Below are positions 1 through 7,875 of a DNA stretch of 32,292 nucleotides, one piece after another. A model generated the notes under the pieces. The model saw nothing but the letters and a program-made list of their open reading frames with translations, did not search any database and was not told where the DNA came from. The stretch is from a bacterium. GTDB taxonomy: Bacteria > Patescibacteriota > WWE3 > JBDRAO01. The position numbers were made by a program, and so were the translations under genes. Numbering within the stretch: the first letter of the stretch is position 1; each line of letters begins with the position of its first letter. The stretch lies in contig JBDRAO010000085.1 in the NCBI GenBank assembly GCA_043823645.1, forward strand, positions 1 through 32,292, in the 5' to 3' direction.

Positions 1-107
1 AGGCGAGGAGCGAGTGGATGCGAGCTCCATCGGTGTTAAATCAGTATTTCTTTTATCCTATGATGTATGTTGAGTCTTGAAATAGGTTCTAATTTCGTCA
101 TATACTC

Positions 108-163
108 GCACCAGATCGCGACTTGTCGGGCGGCGCGCCAGCGACGCCCAAGGCTTTTGCCAG
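108..163. repeat. Left copy (IR-L) of a perfect 56-bp inverted repeat
   Basis: 108..163 (GCACCAGATCGCGACTTGTCGGGCGGCGCGCCAGCGACGCCCAAGGCTTTTGCCAG) is the exact reverse complement of 1920..1975. The match breaks at 107/1976 and 164/1919 (hand alignment). Confidence 0.9.
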
Positions 164-468
164 TGGTACTGTTTGAGGCGAGTCCGCCTAAGCGGCGGAT
201 TGACCAAAAGCACTGAAACATCCTTTAATTTCTCTAAAACTTGTTCCTAGTACTCATTTAGTACAGGTGTAGTCTGTACTAGACCTGTACTTTTAGTTCC
301 TAACCAACTTTAATTGCTTGACGAGTATTTAATCTCTGTGTCATATTGTATTTGTATACGGATGGGCGATCTTTTTTTGTAATGGCCGATTTAGGGTGGA
401 ACAAAATCTACAAAGATTGCAATTCCGTATACAACCCAAGATCGGCCGTTTCAGTTCTTTAAACTTAG

Positions 469-2010
469 ATGAGTTATCCTGCCCAAGAACTACAAACCAA
501 AAAATACTTTCTTTACGCCAGAAAATCCTCGGAAAGTGAAGAGCGTCAACAATTATCAATCCCAGCCCAAATTGACGAACTAAAGGAATTCGCGCGTAAA
601 GAAAGTATTAGCCTCGCAGAAGTATTCACCGAAAGCAGAACCGCCAAAGACCCGGGAAGGCCAATATTCAATGAAATGTTATCTCGGGTAGAACAGGGCG
701 AGGCTAGGGGAATTTTAGCTTGGAATCCCGATAGACTTGCTCGTAACTCGGTAGATGCAGGCAGGATTATCTACCTTCTTGATACCGGTAAACTTACCTC
801 GCTAAAATTCCCCACCCATTGGTTTGAAAATACTCCCCAAGGTCTTTTTATGTTAAACCTTGCTTTTGGTCAATCTAAATACTATGTTGATAATTTATCC
901 CAAAACACCAAAAGAGGCCTGCGCCAAAAAGTAAAAAGAGGAGAGTACCCCGGTATTGCACCTTTTGGCTACAAGAACGACAAATTAACCAAAAAGGTAG
1001 AAATAGACAAAAGAGAAGCCCCCATTGTTAAAAAGGCCTTTGAATTATACTCCCAGGGCAATAAATCACTGGAGAGTATTTCAGACTTTTTGGCGCAAAA
1101 AGGAATTCATACTAAAACAGGAAAACACTTTCACAAAAACAGAGTAAAAAACATGCTCCAAAACCCCTTCTACACAGGCCTCTTTTGGTACACTGGAAAG
1201 TTACACAAAGGTGTTCATGAACCTATTGTTTCAAAGAAACTTTTTGACTTGGTGCAGAAAGTAATCTCAAAAAGGAGCCATAATCTACCTCTAACATCAT
1301 ACAATTTCCCCTTTGCGGGCTTCATAATGTGTGGCTTTTGCAATATGACAATCACAGCTGAAAAACATACCAAACACTATAAAACAACAGCCCGCAAAGT
1401 AACCTACATCTATTACCGCTGCACCAAGAAATCTAAAAAGAAGCGTTGTTTTCAGCTCTACACGCGTCAAGAAAAGTTAGTGGATGAGGTAAATAGAACC
1501 ATCAAAAAAGTTTCTTTACGCCCCGATATAGCTCAGTACATTATTCAAATGGCAGAAACAGAATCCTACAGAGAAAGATTATCGAGGCGTGAGATTGTGA
1601 AAGATCTGCAAGCTAAAATAGAAAAGGTAAATGTTCAAACAGAAAAACTTCTATCTCTTTACTTAGATAATCTAATAGAGAAACAAGAATACGAAAAAAG
1701 AAAAGTAAAACTTCAAAGAGAAATAGTATCAGTAGAAGCTAAAATATCTCATCTTTCACAATCTCCAAACCTTTGGCTCGAACCACTCACAGAATTTGTT
1801 AATTTATCTCAACAAGTACCAATACTCGCCTCAAACAATACCAATTTACACAAGAAAGCAGACTTCTTGAAAAATACTGGCTCGAACTTCACCTTACATA
1901 ATCAGAAACTCCACCCCTGCTGGCAAAAGCCTTGGGCGTCGCTGGCGCGCCGCCCGACAAGTCGCGATCTGGTGCCCCCGGCAGGAATTGAACCTGCAGC
2001 TAGCCCTTAG
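469..2010 (+). CDS. Large serine recombinase (resolvase/invertase N-domain, recombinase domain, zinc ribbon, coiled coil)
   Basis: 513-aa ORF. N-terminal YARKSSESEERQQLSIPAQ (catalytic Ser context) and AWNPDRLARN, PFGY recombinase-domain motif, Cys-rich ribbon CGFCN...YYRCTKKSKKKRC, then a K/E-rich coiled coil. The last roughly 30 codons read through IR-R and antisense into tRNA-Arg, so the true C-terminus is uncertain. Confidence 0.85.
   Translation: MSYPAQELQTKKYFLYARKSSESEERQQLSIPAQIDELKEFARKESISLAEVFTESRTAKDPGRPIFNEMLSRVEQGEARGILAWNPDRLARNSVDAGRIIYLLDTGKLTSLKFPTHWFENTPQGLFMLNLAFGQSKYYVDNLSQNTKRGLRQKVKRGEYPGIAPFGYKNDKLTKKVEIDKREAPIVKKAFELYSQGNKSLESISDFLAQKGIHTKTGKHFHKNRVKNMLQNPFYTGLFWYTGKLHKGVHEPIVSKKLFDLVQKVISKRSHNLPLTSYNFPFAGFIMCGFCNMTITAEKHTKHYKTTARKVTYIYYRCTKKSKKKRCFQLYTRQEKLVDEVNRTIKKVSLRPDIAQYIIQMAETESYRERLSRREIVKDLQAKIEKVNVQTEKLLSLYLDNLIEKQEYEKRKVKLQREIVSVEAKISHLSQSPNLWLEPLTEFVNLSQQVPILASNNTNLHKKADFLKNTGSNFTLHNQKLHPCWQKPWASLARRPTSRDLVPPAGIEPAASP
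1920..1975. repeat. Right copy (IR-R) of the perfect 56-bp inverted repeat; its outer 6 nt are the 3' end of tRNA-Arg
   Basis: Exact reverse complement of 108..163. Positions 1970..1975 (TGGTGC) encode GCACCA, i.e. the last two acceptor nucleotides, the discriminator and CCA of the minus-strand tRNA. Confidence 0.9.
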
Positions 2011-2044
2011 GAGGGGCTTATTTTATCCGTTAAACTACGGGGGC
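1970..2044 (-). tRNA. tRNA-Arg (anticodon CCT), CCA encoded
   Basis: Hand-folded cloverleaf on the minus strand. Acceptor GCCCCCG/CGGGGGC, anticodon stem AGCCC/GGGCT with loop CTCCTAA, T-arm GCAGG-TTCAATT-CCTGC, discriminator A plus CCA. Confidence 0.85.
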
Positions 2045-2078
2045 GTTCATCCTCATTTTATGCTAAGATTAGCATTAA

Positions 2079-2726
2079 ATGAAGTACTTTGTTATTAAGA
2101 CTCTAAAAATGTTTTTTATATTGGCGGCCGCGGGTGTATTTATAGCCACCCTTTACCCCATTTATTTTCCCCGTATAAAATACCAGCTCGACAGGCTGTC
2201 AGGCAAACAATATGAGCTTCTTAAAGAAGAAAATATTGAGAGCGAATCCGCCTTTGGTAAAATGCTCAAAGGCAGTACCCCCCTGAAAATAATCCCTATC
2301 AATAGGGATTTTTCTATTGTCATTGAAAAAATTAATGTCAACGCCCCAGTAGTAGCCAATGTTAGCATTGCCAATGAGGTAGAATACAAAGAGGCTCTCA
2401 AGTTTGGGGTGGCCCACGCCAAAGGATCGCAAGCCCCCGAGCAAGGTAATACCTACCTTTTTGCCCACTCGTCTCTCGATTTTTGGGAACTGGGCAAATA
2501 TGCCACTGTGTTTAACCTTTTAGATAAACTGTCTGTGGGAGACCGCATTTTTGTGTTTTACAAGGACAATCGTTTTGAATATAAAGTCTCAAAGACAGCC
2601 GTTTATAAAGATAGGGACACTAGCATTTTGTACCAGGAAACAGCCGTTCCCACCCTGTTTTTGCAAACCTGTACCCCGCCGGGCACAACCTTAAACAGGC
2701 TTATTGTGGAAGCAGAAATTGTATGA
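2079..2726 (+). CDS. Sortase family transpeptidase
   Basis: N-terminal TM helix, conserved His context (LFAHSS), catalytic TLxTC-type motif (LFLQTCTP) and downstream Arg (NRLIVEA). The stop overlaps the next start (ATGA at 2723). Confidence 0.8.
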   Translation: MKYFVIKTLKMFFILAAAGVFIATLYPIYFPRIKYQLDRLSGKQYELLKEENIESESAFGKMLKGSTPLKIIPINRDFSIVIEKINVNAPVVANVSIANEVEYKEALKFGVAHAKGSQAPEQGNTYLFAHSSLDFWELGKYATVFNLLDKLSVGDRIFVFYKDNRFEYKVSKTAVYKDRDTSILYQETAVPTLFLQTCTPPGTTLNRLIVEAEIV

Positions 2727-3862
2727 ATTCAAACAGTCGTTTTATCATTTTTATACTTACTCTGATAATTATTGCTTTCTTAAGTTGGGTGGTTATTTTT
2801 TTTGCCCAGGGATACCGCCTGTCCGGCCTTGAGTTTTTTGGCCAAAGGAAGGCCCCGCTAATTGAGAAAACAGGTATGTTAATGGTAAAAAGCTGGCCCG
2901 ACGGCGCCAGACTTTTTGTAGATGATGTTTTGGAGGGTCCCACCAATACCAGCGTTGGTAATCTTACTCCTGGCACTCATAAAGTTAAAGTGCTAAAAGA
3001 GGGCCGTTTTGAATACACCAAAACAGTCACTATTTACGAGGAACTGGTCACTGTAGTGGAGGCGCTTTTGGTACCGCTCTCGCCAACCTTGAGTCCGGTG
3101 ACCTACAACGGGGTAGCCAACACCTCTAAAGCTCCCTCCGGTAACAGTTTGGTGTACTCAAGTTCGGGCAATGGCGAACCCGGAGGGATATGGAAGCTTG
3201 ATTTTAACTCCGGATCGGGGGTGGCTCTGCTGGCGTCAGACAAAACCGGGATCCCTTTTTCGAAAGTTACCGAGTTTTCCTGGTCTCCCAATGAGACAGA
3301 AATTCTTGCCAAGGTTAATTCCCAGTACTATTTGTTATCTTTTAATATTGCCAATATTTCTCCCGTACCGGTAGAGGCAGAGTTGGTGCTTTCTGCTTGG
3401 AAGAAGACGGCTCAGGAAAAAAAGAGTGTCAAGGCAGAAAGGCAGAAACTGCCGGTCGAAATGCAAAAGATTGCCACAACAGCATCTACTTTGTGGGCGC
3501 CCGACGAAAAGCGATTTATGTACGAGGCCCTGGATCCGGCTTTGGATACAATGCAGTATCGTGTTTTTTCTCTTTTAGATCCCAGGCCGGTGGGTGAGGA
3601 GGAGGATTATATTGCTTTTGAAAAGGATCAGAGCGACACCGAAGTTAAGAGTATCTTTTGGTATGGCGATGGCCGCCACTTAGTAATTGTCGAGGAGGGC
3701 AGTATCTATCTTAGGGAAATAGATGGGGAAAATAAGGCGCTGATATTTTCCGGAGATTTTGATACCAACAGAGTTTACGCCAAACCGGGCGGTGGGGGAG
3801 TGATTATTTTAACCGGATTTAATGAGCAAGCCCCTCAAAATTTTTACCTGATTGGTATTTAG
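2723..3862 (+). CDS. Membrane-anchored PEGA-domain protein with TolB/PD40-like beta-propeller repeats
   Basis: N-terminal TM helix (FIIFILTLIIIAFLSWVVIFF) and a PEGA-like segment (SWPDGARLFVDDVLEGPTNTSVGNLTPGTHKVKVLKEGRFEY). Repeated W/Y-S-P-D/N-type strands (SWSPNETEI, LWAPDEKRF, FWYGDGRHL) are typical of PD40 repeats. Confidence 0.6.
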   Translation: MNSNSRFIIFILTLIIIAFLSWVVIFFAQGYRLSGLEFFGQRKAPLIEKTGMLMVKSWPDGARLFVDDVLEGPTNTSVGNLTPGTHKVKVLKEGRFEYTKTVTIYEELVTVVEALLVPLSPTLSPVTYNGVANTSKAPSGNSLVYSSSGNGEPGGIWKLDFNSGSGVALLASDKTGIPFSKVTEFSWSPNETEILAKVNSQYYLLSFNIANISPVPVEAELVLSAWKKTAQEKKSVKAERQKLPVEMQKIATTASTLWAPDEKRFMYEALDPALDTMQYRVFSLLDPRPVGEEEDYIAFEKDQSDTEVKSIFWYGDGRHLVIVEEGSIYLREIDGENKALIFSGDFDTNRVYAKPGGGGVIILTGFNEQAPQNFYLIGI

Positions 3863-3866
3863 AATT

Positions 3867-4817
3867 ATGGATCTTTTTAAAAGAATGGTCATTGATTTAG
3901 GAACTGTTAACAGTATTTACTCTGTTTTGGGAAGCAGTGAGTTTTTTTGCGAGCCTAGTGTAGTGGCTGTTTCTGTACCGGAGGGGAAGATTATTGCAGT
4001 GGGGGAGCAGGCCAAAAAAATGCTGGGTCGCACCCCGGCCAATATTAAGGCTCAAAAGCCGCTCAAAGATGGGGTGATTGCCAATTATAAGGTAACGGAA
4101 ACAATGCTAAGGCATTTTATTAACAATGCTCTGGGTAAATTGCGTCTAATTAAGCCGGAATTAGTGATAGCTGTTCCGGTAGGTTTAAGCTCAATTGAAA
4201 GGGCGGCTGTAAAAGATGCCGCCACTTCCGCCGGAGCGCGACGAGTGATCCTCTTTCCAAAGCCTCTGGCCGCCGCCATTGGGGCCGGTGTTCCCATTGG
4301 AGAACCTAGCGGGTCAATGATAATAAATATTGGCGGGGGAACTACCGAGGCGGCCGTAATATCTTTAGGTGCCATTGTGGCTTCTAAAACATTTAAAGTG
4401 GGCGGCAATAAATTAGATGAAGCCATTGTGGCTTTTGTTAAAAATCACCACGGTTTGCACATTGGGGAACAGACTGCCGAGCAGGCAAAAATTCTATTGA
4501 AAGACGAATTAGAGATAAAAGGCCGTTCAGCCAAAACCAAAGCTCCCGCCACCGCTGTTCTTAAAAGAGAGGAGATTTATAAAGCGGTTAAACCTGTTTT
4601 TGAGGAGTTGGCTCGCGCGGTGGGCGAGGTGTTGGAAAAAATTCCCCCTGAGCTGTCCTCCGATGTATTGGATAAGGGGGCGGTTCTTAGCGGCGGCTCG
4701 GCTCTTTTTAAGGGACTGGATTTGTATTTGTCTGATTATTTGAATTTACCCATTCACAAGGCAGATAACCCTCTTTACTGTGTGGCCCGCGGGCTTAAAA
4801 AAAATCCCCCGCTTTGA
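3867..4817 (+). CDS. Divergent MreB/actin-like ATPase paralog
   Basis: Has DLGTVNS phosphate-1, AAAIGAG and NIGGGTTEAAVISLG motifs and a C-terminal SGGSALFKGLD...P..VARG. It is shorter than the canonical MreB at 21811..22863, and DEPMAAA is replaced by PKPLAAA. The ORF track starts at a TTG (3852); I prefer the ATG at 3867 (MDLFKR), 5 nt after the upstream stop. Confidence 0.75.
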   Translation: MDLFKRMVIDLGTVNSIYSVLGSSEFFCEPSVVAVSVPEGKIIAVGEQAKKMLGRTPANIKAQKPLKDGVIANYKVTETMLRHFINNALGKLRLIKPELVIAVPVGLSSIERAAVKDAATSAGARRVILFPKPLAAAIGAGVPIGEPSGSMIINIGGGTTEAAVISLGAIVASKTFKVGGNKLDEAIVAFVKNHHGLHIGEQTAEQAKILLKDELEIKGRSAKTKAPATAVLKREEIYKAVKPVFEELARAVGEVLEKIPPELSSDVLDKGAVLSGGSALFKGLDLYLSDYLNLPIHKADNPLYCVARGLKKNPPL

Positions 4818-4827
4818 GCGGGTTTTT
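4808..4827 (+). terminator. Rho-independent terminator overlapping the stop codon of the MreB paralog
   Basis: CCCGC-TTTGA-GCGGG hairpin (4808..4822) followed by TTTTT (4823..4827). Confidence 0.55.
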
Positions 4828-4972
4828 AAAAAAAACACCTTCTCAAAGCAGGGGAAACCTGCCTGTCAACTAAAGCTTTGTGGCCTTGTGGTAAGGCTCT
4901 TTAGAGGTTTTCAATTGTAAAAGAGCTCCTAAGAGATGGTATTGACGGTTAGTGTATCTGTATTTCATACCA

Positions 4973-5001
4973 TTGTCAAGTACCAATTTTTAGGTTAAGA
5001 T
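4973..5001 (+). promoter_or_regulatory. Sigma70-like promoter upstream of glgA; would give a leaderless or near-leaderless transcript
   Basis: TTGTCA (4973..4978), 17-nt spacer, TAAGAT (4996..5001). The ATG is at 5009 with no clear Shine-Dalgarno between. Confidence 0.35.
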
Positions 5002-5008
5002 AGGCGCA

Positions 5009-6517
5009 ATGGCACATATTCCAAAAAATAAAAAATTAAAAGTTCTCATCGTGGCGGCAGAGGTGGCTCCCTATGCCTCTGTAGGGGGCATGTCCAGAGT
5101 AATTCCCCAGTTGGCGCGCGCCTTACGCCACAAAGGCCATGACATTCGTATTTTTATGCCCAAATTTGGCCTCATAGACGAAGAAAAATACCACTTGGAA
5201 GTGGTAATGAAAGGTTTAAAAGTCCCAACCGATTATAAACAAACAAACCATTTAATATGTAATATTAAGTTTCATCAAACGGCAGATTCACTGCCGGTTT
5301 ATTTTTTGGAAAACCAGGAATATTACGAGAAACGGGCCAATGTTTACGGTTACAGCGATGATCCCCGTCGTTGGGCCCTTCTTTGCCGCGGTGCTTTAGA
5401 GTTTGTTAGAAATAGCTCTTGGGTGCCGGATATTATCCACGCCAACGATTGGCAAACCGGCATCATTGGCAATTATTTAAAAACCACCTACAAGAACGAT
5501 GAGAAACTATCAAGTATTGTGTCTGTCTTTACTCTTCATAATTTGGCTCACCAGGGAATGTTTGATCATAAGAATGTTAGTGAAATGGATTCCGACGATG
5601 GCAGGAGCGAAATAGCTCACTTCTTTTCAAAAAGATTAAACAGGCTAAATTTTTTAAAAAGGGGCATTATCTACTCTGATATTGTCAACACCGTGTCTGA
5701 GAAATATGCCCTGGAAATTTTAACGCCGGAATATGGGGAGGGTCTAGATCAACTGCTCTTGGAGTTGAGATCGAAACTGTTTGGCATTGTTAACGGCATT
5801 GATGTGGCCGAATTTGACCCGGAAACCGACCCTCTAATTCCGGAAAACTACAATTTTCAAACTACTGCAAAAAGGGAAATTAATAAATTGGCCTTGCAGA
5901 AGGAATTTGGCTTGCCTCAAGGCGTTAACACCCCTGTTTTGGCCTATTGGGGACGGTTAGATGCTCAAAAGGGGTTGGATCTCTTGTTCACAATTATTTG
6001 GCCCCTGCTGACCCTTTACGAAGGGGTTCAGTTTGTTCAGGTGGGAGGGGGTTCGGGTAATTATGCCCAGACTCTTAAAAAACTGGCTCAAGAATTTCCC
6101 AAACAGGTGGGAGTTCACCCCTTGCCTAATTTTACCCTCCCTCGGCTTATAATGTCCGGAGCAGATATAGTGCTTTTCCCTTCTAAGTTCGAGCCTTGTG
6201 GTATTGTGCAAATGGAGGCTATGAGGTATGGGGCTGTGCCGGTAGTTCGGGCCACCGGAGGTTTGGCAGACACAGTCGAAAATTTTAATCCCAAAACAAA
6301 TACCGGTACCGGTTTTGTGTTTCAAAATTATGATAAGTGGGAGTTTTTTGCTCAGGTAGTAAGAGCTTTGGAGGTGTACAATCATCAAGACATATGGCGG
6401 GAAATTGTAAAAAGGGCTATGAAAGAGGACTTTTCCTGGGACAGAATTGCTGAAAAATACGAGGATCTTTATGCGAAAGGTATCAAATTTGCGGCCAGTG
6501 ACTCTCCTTTTATTTAA
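5009..6517 (+). CDS. glgA: Glycogen/starch synthase (GT5)
   Basis: N-terminal KVLIVAAEVAPYASVGGMSRVIPQLARAL and C-terminal PSKFEPCGIVQMEAMRYGAVPVVRATGGLADTV are the classic GlgA signatures. Confidence 0.9.
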   Translation: MAHIPKNKKLKVLIVAAEVAPYASVGGMSRVIPQLARALRHKGHDIRIFMPKFGLIDEEKYHLEVVMKGLKVPTDYKQTNHLICNIKFHQTADSLPVYFLENQEYYEKRANVYGYSDDPRRWALLCRGALEFVRNSSWVPDIIHANDWQTGIIGNYLKTTYKNDEKLSSIVSVFTLHNLAHQGMFDHKNVSEMDSDDGRSEIAHFFSKRLNRLNFLKRGIIYSDIVNTVSEKYALEILTPEYGEGLDQLLLELRSKLFGIVNGIDVAEFDPETDPLIPENYNFQTTAKREINKLALQKEFGLPQGVNTPVLAYWGRLDAQKGLDLLFTIIWPLLTLYEGVQFVQVGGGSGNYAQTLKKLAQEFPKQVGVHPLPNFTLPRLIMSGADIVLFPSKFEPCGIVQMEAMRYGAVPVVRATGGLADTVENFNPKTNTGTGFVFQNYDKWEFFAQVVRALEVYNHQDIWREIVKRAMKEDFSWDRIAEKYEDLYAKGIKFAASDSPFI

Positions 6518-6522
6518 GTTTT

Positions 6523-7875
6523 ATGGTATGGGCTAATTTTTTACACATCTACCAGCCCCCCACTCAAAAGAAGTATTGGGTGGATCGCATTACAGCCGAA
6601 TCTTACAAAAAGATTGTGGCCGAGTTGCAGGGCGCTCCTAAAGCCAAGCTAACTTTAAATATTAATGCCTGCCTCACCGAGATGTTGGTGAATTTTGGCT
6701 ACCGCGGTCTCATTGATGATATTAAAGATTTGGTGCTAAATGGGCAGGTAGAGCTAACAGCCTCTGCTAAGTTTCACCCTCTTTTAACAAAGATTCCCGA
6801 AGATGAGATCGTTCGCCAAATTAGGTTGAACGACAACACCAATAAAAAATACTTTGGCAGGGCGTGGGAGCCAAAAGGGTTTTTCCCTCCCGAAATGTCA
6901 TTTAATGCCAAATTGGGGAGGCTTCTTGGTAAGTTGGGGTATCAATGGGTAATTATCGACGAACTGGCGCACCCATCGGGAAAACTGAACCAAGTTAAAT
7001 ATGATCGGCTTTATAAGCAAAAAGATTCCACCATTAAACTCTTTTTTAGAGAAAGAGAAACTTCTTTTAGAATTCTTTCCGCCCAACTCGGCACCGGCAA
7101 CTTGCTGTTAGATGAATTGGGCGATCGTATCAAAAGAAATGAGTATTTGCTAACAGCCATGGATGGGGAAACCTTCGGGCACCACCGGCTGGGCCTTGAA
7201 AAACTGCTCTTTGATATTTATAAGGATTCCCGCCTTCCCACAGTGAGAATTTCTGATCTTTTGGTAATGTTTAATAAGGTGGAGGAGGTGGCTCCTCGCG
7301 CCTCCACCTGGGCTCTAATGGAGAAAGATATTCAAAGGAATGCCCCCTTTGCCCGCTGGGATGACCCCCAAAACGAAATTCATAAGGCTCAGTGGGAACT
7401 CACAAATTTGGCTATGGCGAAAGTCACCCAATCAAATCAAGAAGAGGCAAGAAAACTTCTAGATGAAGCCATTCACTCTGATCAATACTGGTGGGCCTCT
7501 GCCAAACCTTGGTGGAGTTTGGAAATGATAGAGCGGGGGGCGTCCGATTTGCTGACAGCCATTAAAGCTGTCAAGGGCCTGCCCCAAAAAGATTTTAATA
7601 GAGCCTACAATTTATACATAAAAATAATCACCCTAGGGTTTGCCTGGCAAAGGAGCGGCAAGGTAGAAGAATTGGCCCGAGATGAAGATGAGGAAATTCG
7701 CCAGCTAACTGATAGGGGCTTGCCTCACCTTTCTGCTCGCGAGATCAATAAAATGATAGCCAATTTAGACAAACAGCGCCAATCAGCCGCCAAAAAGCAG
7801 GAATACGAACGGGCCGGCCAGTTTAGAGACAGGATCAAGGAACTAGACGCGAAAAAAAAGGAGATTAAAAAATGA
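6523..7875 (+). CDS. Glycoside hydrolase family 57-like protein with C-terminal UVR motif
   Basis: N-terminal LHIYQPP, and MDGETFGHH resembling the GH57 D-x-E-L-F-G-H nucleophile region. The C-terminal KKQEYERAGQFRDRIKEL matches the UvrB/UvrC (UVR) motif. Confidence 0.6.
   Translation: MVWANFLHIYQPPTQKKYWVDRITAESYKKIVAELQGAPKAKLTLNINACLTEMLVNFGYRGLIDDIKDLVLNGQVELTASAKFHPLLTKIPEDEIVRQIRLNDNTNKKYFGRAWEPKGFFPPEMSFNAKLGRLLGKLGYQWVIIDELAHPSGKLNQVKYDRLYKQKDSTIKLFFRERETSFRILSAQLGTGNLLLDELGDRIKRNEYLLTAMDGETFGHHRLGLEKLLFDIYKDSRLPTVRISDLLVMFNKVEEVAPRASTWALMEKDIQRNAPFARWDDPQNEIHKAQWELTNLAMAKVTQSNQEEARKLLDEAIHSDQYWWASAKPWWSLEMIERGASDLLTAIKAVKGLPQKDFNRAYNLYIKIITLGFAWQRSGKVEELARDEDEEIRQLTDRGLPHLSAREINKMIANLDKQRQSAAKKQEYERAGQFRDRIKELDAKKKEIKK

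Noticed and set aside
80-113. AGGTTCTAATTTC just left of IR-L resembles a tRNA T-arm (compare AGGTTCAATTCC in tRNA-Arg), suggesting a second degenerate tRNA 3' half
   Set aside because: I could not fold a T-stem, acceptor stem or any upstream cloverleaf. The similarity is about 11 nt and may be chance.
36-221. 61-aa minus-strand ORF spanning IR-L
   Set aside because: It has no recognisable motif and lies mostly within the GC-rich inverted repeat, whose composition keeps frames open. It would only become relevant as an alternative recombinase C-terminus after inversion, and that is in a different frame.
341-559. 72-aa minus-strand ORF upstream of and overlapping the recombinase start
   Set aside because: It has no motif or SD and overlaps the well-supported recombinase N-terminus. 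It is a likely shadow ORF.
2162-4426. Antisense or alternate-frame ORFs inside the sortase, PEGA and MreB-paralog genes (2162..2422, 2199..2468, 2701..2976, 3103..3312, 3171..3374, 3397..3597, 4085..4426)
   Set aside because: All are embedded in ORFs with clear family motifs and their translations are low-complexity. They are typical shadow ORFs.
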